Below, piece by piece: positions 55,358 through 64,000 of a DNA stretch of 64,000 nucleotides. The stretch comes from Thermoleophilia bacterium (GTDB taxonomy: Bacteria > Actinomycetota > Thermoleophilia > RBG-16-64-13), in assembly GCA_026415615.1 (NCBI GenBank), contig JAOAGT010000002.1:448545-512544 (forward strand), in the 5' to 3' direction. The notes below the pieces were generated by a model, which saw only the letters and a list, made by a program, of their open reading frames with translations, did not search any database and was not told the origin of the DNA. Every line of letters begins with the position of its first letter. The first letter of the stretch is position 1. Position numbers and translations under genes: made by a program.

Positions 55358-56026
55358 ATGGTATCGTTGCTCTCTTCACAGCCACACGAGTACCGGATCT
55401 TGCGGCATGCCGTGAGGGCTTGGACCTGTTTTGCTCGCTGGGCGGTCTACAGTCCCGTCGTCTGGGTCTTGGTTGCGGTTAACCTCGGTAGTGCAGTTCC
55501 GGGTTACCTTTTTTGGTATGGCGGAACGCTACAGCGTTCTCCCTGGTACCTGTGGGTTTTCGTTCCTGACAGCCCCCTGTCTGTCAGCCTTATGGGCGTG
55601 GCGCTTGTGGCCTTGCATTACCGCAAACGGTGGGAAGTACTGTATATGTTGGCCTCCGTTAGCTGTATGAAATATGGAATGTGGACTGTCTTGGTCTGGC
55701 TTACCCACTACCTCTCGGGCGGAAGTTACGACTTTACCGCTATCCTAATGAGCGCGACCCACGGCGGAATGGTGATCGAGGGCTTTATAGTTGCTGTCCT
55801 CATGCGACGCGTTCTTTTATCTCTTGTTGTCTCTGCTTGCTACCTAGTGGTCAATGACGTGGTCGACTACGTGCTCGGTCACCATCCGCGAGTTCCCAAT
55901 CCTCAAGACTTGCCGCTAATAGGCATCTTAACGGCTCTTCTGTCCGTCCTCATCATCGTCGGGTGGGTGGTTGTTCTGGTCAAACAAGGGGCACTTCATC
56001 GCCAGTCCGCGTTGATGGGCAAGTGA
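55358..56026 (+). CDS. DUF1405 family membrane protein
   Basis: A polytopic membrane protein of about 220 aa with the DUF1405 pattern (WYLWVFVPDSPL...). The family is Firmicutes-specific. Confidence 0.65.
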   Translation: MVSLLSSQPHEYRILRHAVRAWTCFARWAVYSPVVWVLVAVNLGSAVPGYLFWYGGTLQRSPWYLWVFVPDSPLSVSLMGVALVALHYRKRWEVLYMLASVSCMKYGMWTVLVWLTHYLSGGSYDFTAILMSATHGGMVIEGFIVAVLMRRVLLSLVVSACYLVVNDVVDYVLGHHPRVPNPQDLPLIGILTALLSVLIIVGWVVVLVKQGALHRQSALMGK

Positions 56027-56215
56027 GGCGGGGCGTGTCCAGCGCTGGCACTTCGGCCGAGCCTCCAGATTTCAAATAGCATCTTGGGACTTAATGGCTG
56101 AGATTTGACGGCTGAGATTTGATAGGTGGGATTTGATGCGCTCTTGATTGGGGTAGTGTTAAATAGCAGCGGCGGCGTGAGAAATAGCCGATGCCAACAT
56201 GTGAAGGGTGTGTAT

Positions 56216-58282
56216 ATGGTTCTTGGCGCAGTCGAGAACAACGACCAGTCGGTGAAGGCCGAGAAGAGCTTGGAGTCCGGTGAGCGTGCTGGAGTAGGGC
56301 AGAGCAACTCGCGTTCTGCTCGCTCCAATCGGCAGGCCCAAAGGCCTCTTCGCTCGCCCACAACTCGGGGAGAGGGCGACGCCGACGGGCGTCAGCCTCG
56401 CGGGCGGCACCTTTGGCACTTTGTGGCCTACGTCATTGTGGCTCTGGTGGCCCTGTATCTGTTTCAGCAGTTTATCCTTGGTCCTCTAACCAGTCCCTCG
56501 GTTGAGCTCGACTACAGCACATTCAAGGCTAAGCTTGCTGAGGGGCAGATACTTACCGCCACCATTGGGGACAACCAGATAACCGGGACGATGAAGGATC
56601 CCACAGGGGCTACCAAGAAGGGAGTCGAGTTTCGAACCTACGCCAAGCTGGGTGCAGACAGCAATCTTGTCAAGGAGCTGCAGGACGCCGGAGTCCACTA
56701 CAAGTTCAGCAGCCCGAGCAGTCCCGTGGTGAACATTCTCATTAGCCTGTTGCCTTTTGTGCTGATCGGGGTGTTCTGGTACTTGATGTACGGCCGGATC
56801 ATGGGCGGCGCGAGGGGCGCGGGGGGCATATTTGGCGTGGGAAAGAGCAAAGCTACCCGCGTTATGCCTGAGCAGGTAGGGGTGACGTTTAAAGACGTGG
56901 GCGGAGCCGACGAGGCTATTGCTGAATTGCGGGAGATCATCGAATTTCTCAAGAATCCTGAGCAGTTCGCTCGTTTGGGCGGCCGAATTCCGAAAGGTGT
57001 GTTGCTGGTGGGTCCGCCGGGAACGGGTAAGACCCTGTTGGCAAAGGCGACGGCTGGCGAGGCTGGTGTACCTTTCTTTGAAAGTAGCGGGTCTGAGTTT
57101 GTTGAGATGTTCGTCGGAGTGGGAGCAGCCCGCGTGCGCGATCTGTTTGAGCAAGCGCGCAAAGTGGCTCCGGCAATCGTTTTCATCGATGAGATTGATG
57201 CCATCGGAAAGAGTCGCGCGATGGGCATCACGCTGGGAGGGGCCAATGACGAGCGCGAGCAAACTTTGAACCAGTTGCTTGCTGAAATCGACGGTTTTAG
57301 CAGCGACACTGGTCGTCCGGTAATCATAATGGCGGCAACTAACCGTCCCGAGGTTCTCGACCCTGCGTTGCTGCGTCCCGGGCGATTTGACCGGCAGATC
57401 GAGGTAGGCAATCCGGATCTTCACGGGCGTATACAGATCCTTAAGATTCATAGCCGCGGAATTAAACTTGCCCCCGACTTTGACATCGAGCGGGCAGCCA
57501 GAATAACCCCTGGTTTTAGCGGCGCCGACTTGGCCAACACCATGAACGAAGCAGCGCTTCTTGCGGCCAGACGTAACGCTCGTGCGGTGACTATGGCCGA
57601 CTTCGAAGCGGCTATGGAGCGAGTCATAGCAGGGCTGGAAAAGAAAACTCGAGCCATGAACGAACACGAGCGCAGAATCGTTGCCTACCACGAAGCGGGC
57701 CACGCTTTGGTTGCCGGACTTCTGCCGCATGCCGATCCGGTTGCCAAAATAAGCATCATTCCGCGTGCCCGCGGTGCTCTGGGTTACACGCTTCAGATGC
57801 CAGCCGAAGATCGATACATTCTGACTCGAGAGGAGCTTCTTGATCGTATCGCTGTGATGCTTGGGGGTAGGGCTGCGGAGAAATTAGTTGTAGGGACGAT
57901 TAGCACCGGAGCGACTGATGATATCCAAAAAGCAACGGAGCTAGCTCGCCGCATGGTGGTTGAGTTTGGCATGAGCGAGGCTCTAGGCTCGGTACGTTAT
58001 GCTGGGCAGCAACTGCAGTATCTCGGGGGAGGGATACAAGAAGCGGGCGTTATTAGTCCCAGTACCCAAGAGCTAATAGACCGCGAAGTCAAGAATTTAG
58101 TAACTGAGCAGTATGAGCGGGCTGTCACCTTGCTCACCGAGCATCGGCAGGCATTGGAATATCTCGCCAACAAACTGCTGCGTGAGGAAACGCTCGAGGG
58201 TTCTGTTGTGCAAGAGGCCCTAGAGGTCGAGGGTCAGGGATCAAACGCGACCGCCGCCGAGGCGATAAGCCCGGCGCCGTAG
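56216..58282 (+). CDS. ftsH: ATP-dependent zinc metalloprotease FtsH
   Basis: Walker A GPPGTGKT, the SRH motif, the HEAGHA zinc motif, and an N-terminal TM plus periplasmic domain. I moved the start to MVLGAV. The track starts at 56126. Confidence 0.9.
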   Translation: MVLGAVENNDQSVKAEKSLESGERAGVGQSNSRSARSNRQAQRPLRSPTTRGEGDADGRQPRGRHLWHFVAYVIVALVALYLFQQFILGPLTSPSVELDYSTFKAKLAEGQILTATIGDNQITGTMKDPTGATKKGVEFRTYAKLGADSNLVKELQDAGVHYKFSSPSSPVVNILISLLPFVLIGVFWYLMYGRIMGGARGAGGIFGVGKSKATRVMPEQVGVTFKDVGGADEAIAELREIIEFLKNPEQFARLGGRIPKGVLLVGPPGTGKTLLAKATAGEAGVPFFESSGSEFVEMFVGVGAARVRDLFEQARKVAPAIVFIDEIDAIGKSRAMGITLGGANDEREQTLNQLLAEIDGFSSDTGRPVIIMAATNRPEVLDPALLRPGRFDRQIEVGNPDLHGRIQILKIHSRGIKLAPDFDIERAARITPGFSGADLANTMNEAALLAARRNARAVTMADFEAAMERVIAGLEKKTRAMNEHERRIVAYHEAGHALVAGLLPHADPVAKISIIPRARGALGYTLQMPAEDRYILTREELLDRIAVMLGGRAAEKLVVGTISTGATDDIQKATELARRMVVEFGMSEALGSVRYAGQQLQYLGGGIQEAGVISPSTQELIDREVKNLVTEQYERAVTLLTEHRQALEYLANKLLREETLEGSVVQEALEVEGQGSNATAAEAISPAP

Positions 58283-58305
58283 GATATGAGGGAAGCGAGA
58301 CTGCT

Positions 58306-59142
58306 ATGACATCTGTGGGCGTGATAGGGGCTGGCAATATGGGTTCTGCCATGGTTCGAGGTTGGGCCCGTGACCCCGCGAGCAACCTCGAGGTAGTTGT
58401 CTGGGACAAAGTCGAAAGCGCGGTTCGGCAATTTGACGCCTTTCCTCGTGTACGGCTCGCGGCTGGCCTGGAGGATGTCATCAAAGACGTAGACTTTGTT
58501 TTTCTGGTGGTAAAGCCCAAGGACGCCATCCAGGTGCTTCGAGAACTTCGCTCGTGCTTGAATGCGGTGCAGACTGTTGTTTCGGCCATGGCGGGGGTCA
58601 CTCTTGCCTGGCTGCGGGAGGGGCTTGGACCCGGCCCTGGGTTGATCCGCATCATGCCCAATCTTGCGGTTGAGTTTGGAGTGGGCACGATTGGTCTAGC
58701 TCCCGAGTGGGGCACAAGTGAGGAAATGATTGCGGCCTGCCGGCGAATCCTTAGTCCGCTGGGCTTGGTTGAGATGGTACCGGAGGACTGTATGGATGCC
58801 GTCACCGCGGTGGCCGGCTCGGGGCCTGCTTTCTTTGCTATTGCCATGGAGGCGCTCGAAGACGGCGCTGTTTCAGCAGGGTTGAGTAGGGCTGCGGCTA
58901 GAGCACTCGTGTTGCGGGTTGCCGCCCGTGTGGGCGAGGAACTCATGCTTCTCCATGACGAAATGCGAGAAGGTTTATCCGGAATTGACGACAGGGAACA
59001 ACAAATGTCAGCTGTTGCGAGGGCCGCGGCTTTGGTCGAGCAGCGCGCAGTGCGGGAAGCTTTTCGCCAAGCCGTGGTGGCGGCAGTCGAGCGTGGGCGC
59101 GCGATGCTCTTGCATCAGCCCCGTCCTAGTGCTGTAGACTGA
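58306..59142 (+). CDS. proC: pyrroline-5-carboxylate reductase family protein
   Basis: VGVIGAGNMGSAMVRG is the NADP Rossmann motif. AGSGPAFFAIAMEALEDGAVSAGL is the P5CR signature region. Confidence 0.75.
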   Translation: MTSVGVIGAGNMGSAMVRGWARDPASNLEVVVWDKVESAVRQFDAFPRVRLAAGLEDVIKDVDFVFLVVKPKDAIQVLRELRSCLNAVQTVVSAMAGVTLAWLREGLGPGPGLIRIMPNLAVEFGVGTIGLAPEWGTSEEMIAACRRILSPLGLVEMVPEDCMDAVTAVAGSGPAFFAIAMEALEDGAVSAGLSRAAARALVLRVAARVGEELMLLHDEMREGLSGIDDREQQMSAVARAAALVEQRAVREAFRQAVVAAVERGRAMLLHQPRPSAVD

Positions 59143-59185
59143 AAGACAGTGGCAAATTTCGGGTCACAAGGAGAGGGAGGGAAAA

Positions 59186-59818
59186 ATGCTAGTCAGGGAT
59201 CGGATGTCAAAACACCCCGTCACGATTCGACCCGATGCATCAGTTCCGGATGCGCTGAAGGTGATGCAGGGTAGCAAGGTCCGTCAGCTTCCCGTAGTCA
59301 CCGACAAAGGGGAGCTGGTTGGAATAGTCTCCTTGGTAGACCTGTTCAGAGTCTCGCCTTCCCCAGCTACGTCACTTAGCGTTTGGGAAGTGGACTACTT
59401 GCTTGAGAAGATCACCATCGAGCAAATCATGACTCGAGAGGTGATCACCGTCACCGAAGATACGGCAGTGGAGGAGGCGGGTCGGATCATGGCTGACAAC
59501 AAGATCAGCGGCCTGCCAGTTATGCGCGGTGACGAGCTTGTCGGCATGTTTACTGAGAGCCACGTTTTCAACATCTTGCTCGAACTATTTGGGGCGTGGA
59601 CTTCCGGCGTCAGGGTCACAGCCAAGATTGCTCATGAGCAGGGGATGTTGGCCAAGATCACCGGCGCTATCGCCAGCATAGGAGGGCAAATCGAGGCGCT
59701 TGGTCTTCACGGAGATTCGCAGACCGTCACTTTTAAGGTGGTGAATCTCCCGCGGGAGGAAATCATCAAGGCTATTGAGCCTCTTGTGATAGAGATCCTG
59801 GACGTAAGAGAAACCTGA
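59186..59818 (+). CDS. CBS-domain pair protein with C-terminal ACT-like domain (AcuB-like)
   Basis: Two CBS motifs (VTIRPDASVPDALKVM and VITVTEDTAVEEAGRIM). AGGAGAGGGAGG RBS. Confidence 0.8.
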   Translation: MLVRDRMSKHPVTIRPDASVPDALKVMQGSKVRQLPVVTDKGELVGIVSLVDLFRVSPSPATSLSVWEVDYLLEKITIEQIMTREVITVTEDTAVEEAGRIMADNKISGLPVMRGDELVGMFTESHVFNILLELFGAWTSGVRVTAKIAHEQGMLAKITGAIASIGGQIEALGLHGDSQTVTFKVVNLPREEIIKAIEPLVIEILDVRET

Positions 59819-59844
59819 AGCACCTTTCATTGCTTCTGAAATCG

Positions 59845-59890
59845 GCGGGGCGGGGGCTTGTCTTGCAAGCCCCCGCCCCGCAGTTTCTCT
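59845..59890 (+). terminator. rho-independent terminator after the CBS gene
   Basis: GCGGGGCGGGGGCTTG-TCTTG-CAAGCCCCCGCCCCGC followed by AGTTTCTCT. Confidence 0.7.
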
Positions 59891-59945
59891 CCAGGACTCC
59901 CGCGCGAAGATACTTCCGCGCTTAAGCTAGATCTACGAAATACGT

Positions 59946-60815
59946 CTACGAAGTTTTTCTCGCCGGCTGGGCTTGTTTGCGCAGGTAGATGAACCAGTAC
60001 ATGAATCCCACCAAGACGGCCCCGCCAATAATGTTGCCAATTGTTACGGGGATGAGATTGTTCACGAAGAAGTTTCCCCAGGTAAGGTCGGGATAGTCGG
60101 CAGCAGTCTTGCCGATCGCCGTCCAGAAGGACTCCGGGGCAAGTGCTTTGATCGCTAGGCCCAGAGGAATGAAGTACATGTTTGCAATGCTGTGCTCGAA
60201 GCCTGCAGCGACGAAAGCAGTTATGGGCGGAATTATGGCCAATATACGGTCAGTAGTGCTGCGGGCGCTGTAGGTAAGCCAGACTGCCAAGCAGACAAGG
60301 GCATTACACATGATGCCCAAGACAAGAGCTTGGAAGAAATCTAGACCGGACTTGGTGTTGGCTATAGCAAGTGCTGTTGCGCCCACGACTCCGGACCCAA
60401 AGCGGTACTGCCCGGTGGCTAGCATGAGGCCCACGGTAGCCAGGGAGCCCACAAAATTTCCCACCCAGACGACCAGCCAGTTCCACAGTAGTCGCCGGGT
60501 GCTTACTTTTCGCCGGGCCCAAGCCATTACGATCAAATTGTTTCCCGTAAAAAGCTCGGCTCCGCCGATCACTACCAGCATGAGCCCGAGGCTAAAAGCT
60601 AGACCGCCGAGCAGTTTCACTATCCCATATGGTAGGGCGCCAGTAAGCCCGGCGGATCCGTCAACCGAGCGGAAATCCAAAGTGCCTGAGATTACGGTGG
60701 TTGAGAAAACTGCTCCCAGAGCAATAAAGGCGCCAGCTAGCACGGAAAGAGCAAACATCCGGGGGAAATCCATGTTTGCCTTAGACACGCCTATCTGTTC
60801 GGCCTTAGTTGCCAT
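59946..60815 (-). CDS. formate/nitrite transporter (FNT) family channel
   Basis: The FNT pattern (...GAELFTGNNL..., NLIPVTIGNIIGGAVLVG). The start is uncertain: the track ORF begins at 60950 and overlaps the upstream gene, so I chose the Met at 60815. Confidence 0.75.
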   Translation of the reverse strand: MATKAEQIGVSKANMDFPRMFALSVLAGAFIALGAVFSTTVISGTLDFRSVDGSAGLTGALPYGIVKLLGGLAFSLGLMLVVIGGAELFTGNNLIVMAWARRKVSTRRLLWNWLVVWVGNFVGSLATVGLMLATGQYRFGSGVVGATALAIANTKSGLDFFQALVLGIMCNALVCLAVWLTYSARSTTDRILAIIPPITAFVAAGFEHSIANMYFIPLGLAIKALAPESFWTAIGKTAADYPDLTWGNFFVNNLIPVTIGNIIGGAVLVGFMYWFIYLRKQAQPARKTS

Positions 60816-60880
60816 CTGTGAGGGGAGAAGGGCGTCAAAGGAAACGGCACCATGGCCGGGATGATTCCCCTGTGGTCTTC

Positions 60881-61534
60881 TCATGCGCGGCTGAGCTTCT
60901 CGAGTGCTTGTTGGCACAGTCTTACTCCCTCCATTGCGTCGTTGGTCCAAAGGTCAGCGCCTATGTAGCGCGCGGTAGCTTCGTCGATAGTTCCCCCGCC
61001 TACGACTAACAGCGGCAAGTGTTCAAACTCCGAGGCGTGCTGACGGAAGAGCGCCACGGTTTCGTGCATAGAAGCAAAAGCAGCTGTGAGGAGACCGGAC
61101 ATGCCCACGATGTCGGGCTTGGACTCCCGTGCCGCTTCGAGAAACTCCTCTGGGGGTATGTTTACGCCAAGGTCACGGACAGAGAAGCCAAACATGCGAA
61201 ATGCCAAAGCTGCCATGTTCTTGCCGATATCGTGGATATCCCCAGCTACAGTACCAAGCAGCACTTTCCCCGAGGCTTCCCCAGTCCACTCGGCTTCGAG
61301 CCCTGGTCTTACCAGTTCCATAACGGTCCGGAAGATTTCGCCGGCCATTATGAGCCCGGACAAGTAGATTTCTTTTTGCTCGTACCTTTCTCCAACGCGG
61401 CGCATGCCTGCCTGCACAGCTCGCACCACCTCGACCGGGCTGGTGCCCTCTTTGAGGGCTTGTTCCACAAGGTCGAGGACTCGCTTGTCGTCTAGCTCCT
61501 CGACTGCGCCGCTTATCTGTTCCAAGACAAGCAT
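60881..61534 (-). CDS. corrinoid (cobalamin-binding) protein, MtaC/MtbC-like
   Basis: An N-terminal helical cap plus the B12-binding Rossmann domain with GDIHDIGKN (the DxHxxG motif). GGGAGGAG RBS. Confidence 0.8.
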   Translation of the reverse strand: MLVLEQISGAVEELDDKRVLDLVEQALKEGTSPVEVVRAVQAGMRRVGERYEQKEIYLSGLIMAGEIFRTVMELVRPGLEAEWTGEASGKVLLGTVAGDIHDIGKNMAALAFRMFGFSVRDLGVNIPPEEFLEAARESKPDIVGMSGLLTAAFASMHETVALFRQHASEFEHLPLLVVGGGTIDEATARYIGADLWTNDAMEGVRLCQQALEKLSRA

Positions 61535-61591
61535 CTACTCCTCCCGCAGCTTCCCCCTCCACGTCACCACGATGTCACCGCGCTGCGATGA

Positions 61592-62491
61592 TCATTTCCT
61601 GGCGCGAGCAAGCGGCGCCGATCGAGGTTCACGTGGTGGCACGGGACCTAGGTGGCTTGTTAGCTGAAATTGATCAGGCCGGCAGAGGAAACGGCCCCAA
61701 CTTAGCGGTCTGCCGTCAAAATCGTGGAACAAACTCTCTAAACACAACGCAGGCGAGCCAACGGGCAGCTCTAGATTAGCCGCGGCTTCGCTGTCCAGAC
61801 TGACAGCGCGTATGGTGAGCCAACCTCCGGGCAAGCCTTCGGCTCTGGCAGATCGCAGCAGGCCGGCAAGGGATGTAATCTGGAGTTCAACCTCAACTAG
61901 AGGTCGATGCTCATCGTAGAGTATGTAGGCCAGCTGGTAAATCAGGGGAGTTTGTTCCCGCTTCACTAGACGGCGTAAGTAGACAGTGGGCGTTCCCGTC
62001 TCGACCTCAAGCACGGCCGCCACCTCTTCGTCAGCCGGTTTGATCCTTGCCTCGAGCAATAGGACTTCGGCAGAGTCGTCCTCGGTCCACGACTCGGTAA
62101 TTTCTTGGAGGCGAAAGATCGCCTCTCCCATGTCAAGAGCACGCACGAACGTGCCCTTGCCCTGTACCGTGGTGACTAGACCTCTGTCGAGGAGCAGGCC
62201 GATGGCTCTGCGGACAGTCATAGGACTAACTCTGTACTGTGCCCGCAGCTGGGGCTCGGTCGGGAGTTGGTCCCCGGGGCGAAATACTCCGGCCGCAATC
62301 TGCTCCGAAAGAGCGTTTGCGATACGCACATAGGCCGGCTCATAAGAACGTTCTGATGGGTAACGAGGGCGACCTCGCTCAGACGCGGCTGGCGGAACAG
62401 GTTCCAAGTTCCCCTGCATGCCGCCATATCCCGCCTGCTGGCTTCGTCTTTGAGTCGGCGGGCCCGAAGCGTTGTTGAAGGGCTCTACCAC
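61592..62491 (-). CDS. GntR family transcriptional regulator, HutC subfamily (UTRA effector domain)
   Basis: YVRIANALSEQIAAGVFRPGDQLPTEPQLRAQYRVSPMTVRRAIGLLLDRGLV is the GntR wHTH. The UTRA-like C-terminus is present. The start is uncertain: GTG at 62491, or ATG at 62419. Confidence 0.8.
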   Translation of the reverse strand: MVEPFNNASGPPTQRRSQQAGYGGMQGNLEPVPPAASERGRPRYPSERSYEPAYVRIANALSEQIAAGVFRPGDQLPTEPQLRAQYRVSPMTVRRAIGLLLDRGLVTTVQGKGTFVRALDMGEAIFRLQEITESWTEDDSAEVLLLEARIKPADEEVAAVLEVETGTPTVYLRRLVKREQTPLIYQLAYILYDEHRPLVEVELQITSLAGLLRSARAEGLPGGWLTIRAVSLDSEAAANLELPVGSPALCLESLFHDFDGRPLSWGRFLCRPDQFQLTSHLGPVPPREPRSAPLARARK

Positions 62492-62528
62492 TTATGTCCC
62501 ACAACCTCCTCGAACAACTTGCACATTT

Positions 62529-62557
62529 ATCTATATAACTATACAATACATCCCCGG
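62529..62557 (+). promoter_or_regulatory. sigma-A-type promoter TTGCAC-N17-TACAAT upstream of fhs
   Basis: TTGCAC at 62529-62534, a 17-nt spacer, TACAAT at 62552-62557. A leader of about 100 nt lies before the fhs ATG. Confidence 0.45.
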
Positions 62558-62657
62558 ACTGTCAAACCAAGTAGTTGTGAGAACTTGCGGGCTCGACTGA
62601 CGGCGAAGTTCTCCCGCATGTTCTCGGGCGTACAAGCGTCGTAATGGAGCATAGCTG

Positions 62658-64000
62658 ATGAAGACGGAGTCGAGGATCAAGACTGACATCGAGATTGCTC
62701 ACGAAGCCACCCTGGTTCCCATCACTGAAATAGCTGCTGATCTAGGTCTATCTGCTGACGACATCGACCAGTATGGCAAATACAAAGCCAAGATACATCT
62801 GGATGTCCTTGAGCGTCTAAGCGACAGACCCGACGGCAAGCTCGTTCTCTGCACAGCGATCACCCCCACTCCGGCAGGAGAGGGAAAAACGACTACCAAC
62901 ATTGGCCTCTCCATGGCTCTGAACAAACTGGGCCGCAAAGCTGTATGCACTCTGCGCGAGCCGTCCTTGGGGCCCTGCTTTGGGATTAAAGGCGGTGCGG
63001 CTGGCGGCGGCTATGCCCAGGTTGTGCCCATGGAAGACATCAACCTTCATTTTACTGGAGATATTCACGCTATCGGAGCTGCGCACAATCTGTGTGCTGC
63101 GGTTCTGGACAACCACCTTTTCCAAGGAAACGAGCTTGACATTAATCCCAACGACATCCCCTGGCCTCGCGTGGTTGACTTGAACGACCGTGCGCTTCGT
63201 GACATTACCATCGGCCAGGGTGGCCAAGGCGTCGAGCGCAAGACTCGCTTCGACATCACTGTGGCCTCCGAAGTGATGGCTATCCTCTGCTTGGCTAACG
63301 ACTATGACGACCTGAAGGCCCGCCTTGAGCGTACCGTAGTAGCTTGGACCCACTCGGGTCAGCCTGTCACGGCCAAGGATCTCAAGGTTTCGGGGTCTAT
63401 GGCTGTTCTCTTGCGTGACGCACTCATGCCCAACCTGGTGCAGACGCTGGAAAATACTCCGGCGATTATTCATGGTGGTCCCTTCGCCAACATCGCTCAC
63501 GGATGCAATTCGGTGCAGGCTACCAAGATCGGTCTCAAGCTAGGTGACTACTGCGTCACCGAGGCCGGCTTTGGGGCTGATCTCGGGGCCGAGAAGTTCT
63601 TCGACATTAAGTGCCGCTACGCTGGTTTATCGCCAGACTGCGTAGTCTTGGTGGCAACCATTCGGGCTCTTAAGATGCACGGTGGTGTTCCGTTGGCGGA
63701 TCTTAAGACCGAGAATCTTGAGGCGCTCAGCCTCGGCATCGAGAACCTTGAAAAGCACCTCGAGAACATTCAGGGCTTTGGTATGCCGGTGGTTGTGGCC
63801 ATTAACCGCTTCCCCGATGACACCGAAGCGGAGCTTGAGCTTTTGCGGCAGAGAGTGGCTGCCATGGGAGCCAATGTAGTGCTATCTGAAGTCTGGGCCC
63901 ACGGCGGAGATGGCGGGCTTGAGCTGGCGGAGGAAGTCATTCGGTTGTGCGAGTCAGGAGAAAAACCACAGCTAAAGTTTACGTATGACCTTGAGGACAG
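62658..64000 (+). CDS. fhs: formate--tetrahydrofolate ligase, 3' end outside window
   Basis: My own translation from ATG 62658 gives [19 protein letters not shown]...[18 protein letters not shown]...[38 protein letters not shown]... These are diagnostic Fhs motifs. The frame stays open to the window end, so the ORF track does not list it. Confidence 0.9.
   Translation, partial: MKTESRIKTDIEIAHEATLVPITEIAADLGLSADDIDQYGKYKAKIHLDVLERLSDRPDGKLVLCTAITPTPAGEGKTTTNIGLSMALNKLGRKAVCTLREPSLGPCFGIKGGAAGGGYAQVVPMEDINLHFTGDIHAIGAAHNLCAAVLDNHLFQGNELDINPNDIPWPRVVDLNDRALRDITIGQGGQGVERKTRFDITVASEVMAILCLANDYDDLKARLERTVVAWTHSGQPVTAKDLKVSGSMAVLLRDALMPNLVQTLENTPAIIHGGPFANIAHGCNSVQATKIGLKLGDYCVTEAGFGADLGAEKFFDIKCRYAGLSPDCVVLVATIRALKMHGGVPLADLKTENLEALSLGIENLEKHLENIQGFGMPVVVAINRFPDDTEAELELLRQRVAAMGANVVLSEVWAHGGDGGLELAEEVIRLCESGEKPQLKFTYDLED

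Overview
The window is 64 kb of a high-GC (about 57-60% by eye) chromosome from an anaerobic, Gram-positive-type bacterium. The Firmicutes-typical families (UPF0371, DUF1405, CW_binding_2 repeats, DUF4352, LCP, NlpC/P60 with coiled coil) sit beside tungsten and molybdopterin oxidoreductases, ETF/ETF-QO, a corrinoid protein and Fhs. I called about 65 protein genes, one initiator tRNA-fMet with its own promoter and terminator, and several palindromic terminators. I found no rRNA, CRISPR array, transposase, integrase or phage gene.

Housekeeping genes frame the window: tag, thiolase, nfu, NlpC/P60, tRNA-fMet, LCP, UPF0371, the GuaA ATP-PPase domain, ftsH, proC and fhs.

Two accessory blocks stand out.
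- A 21-23 kb anaerobic catabolic island at 7.9-30.9 kb, bracketed by two paralogous proteins that each carry two class-I methyltransferase-fold halves. A TetR gene sits between two divergent operons. The minus operon holds TRAP transporter dctPQM, a tungsten AOR, an SDR, two cupins, an NTF2-like protein and an orphan LivJ-type binding protein. The plus operon holds a URO-D-family protein, an SDR, a ferredoxin, an FrdA-like flavoprotein and a GlcD/GlcF/GlcE-like FAD plus Fe-S module.
- A 14 kb redox block at 40.7-54.6 kb. It contains a pyrogallol-hydroxytransferase-like alpha/beta molybdoenzyme co-operonic with an acyl-CoA dehydrogenase, a LysR gene, etfBA, ETF-QO and an AhpD-like gene. It also contains a radical-SAM gene followed by a second cytoplasmic Mo/W-bisPGD enzyme and a small ferredoxin.

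The combinations in both blocks are uncharacterised and are the most likely home of a new pathway, with anaerobic phenolic or aromatic-acid catabolism as the working guess.

The supplied ORF track omits two truncated genes at the window edges: an ABC ATPase 3' end at 2-214 and fhs at 62658-64000. Several track starts use GTG or TTG, and I moved a few to better RBS-supported starts. All functional calls rest on motif and family recognition by eye. No database search was run.
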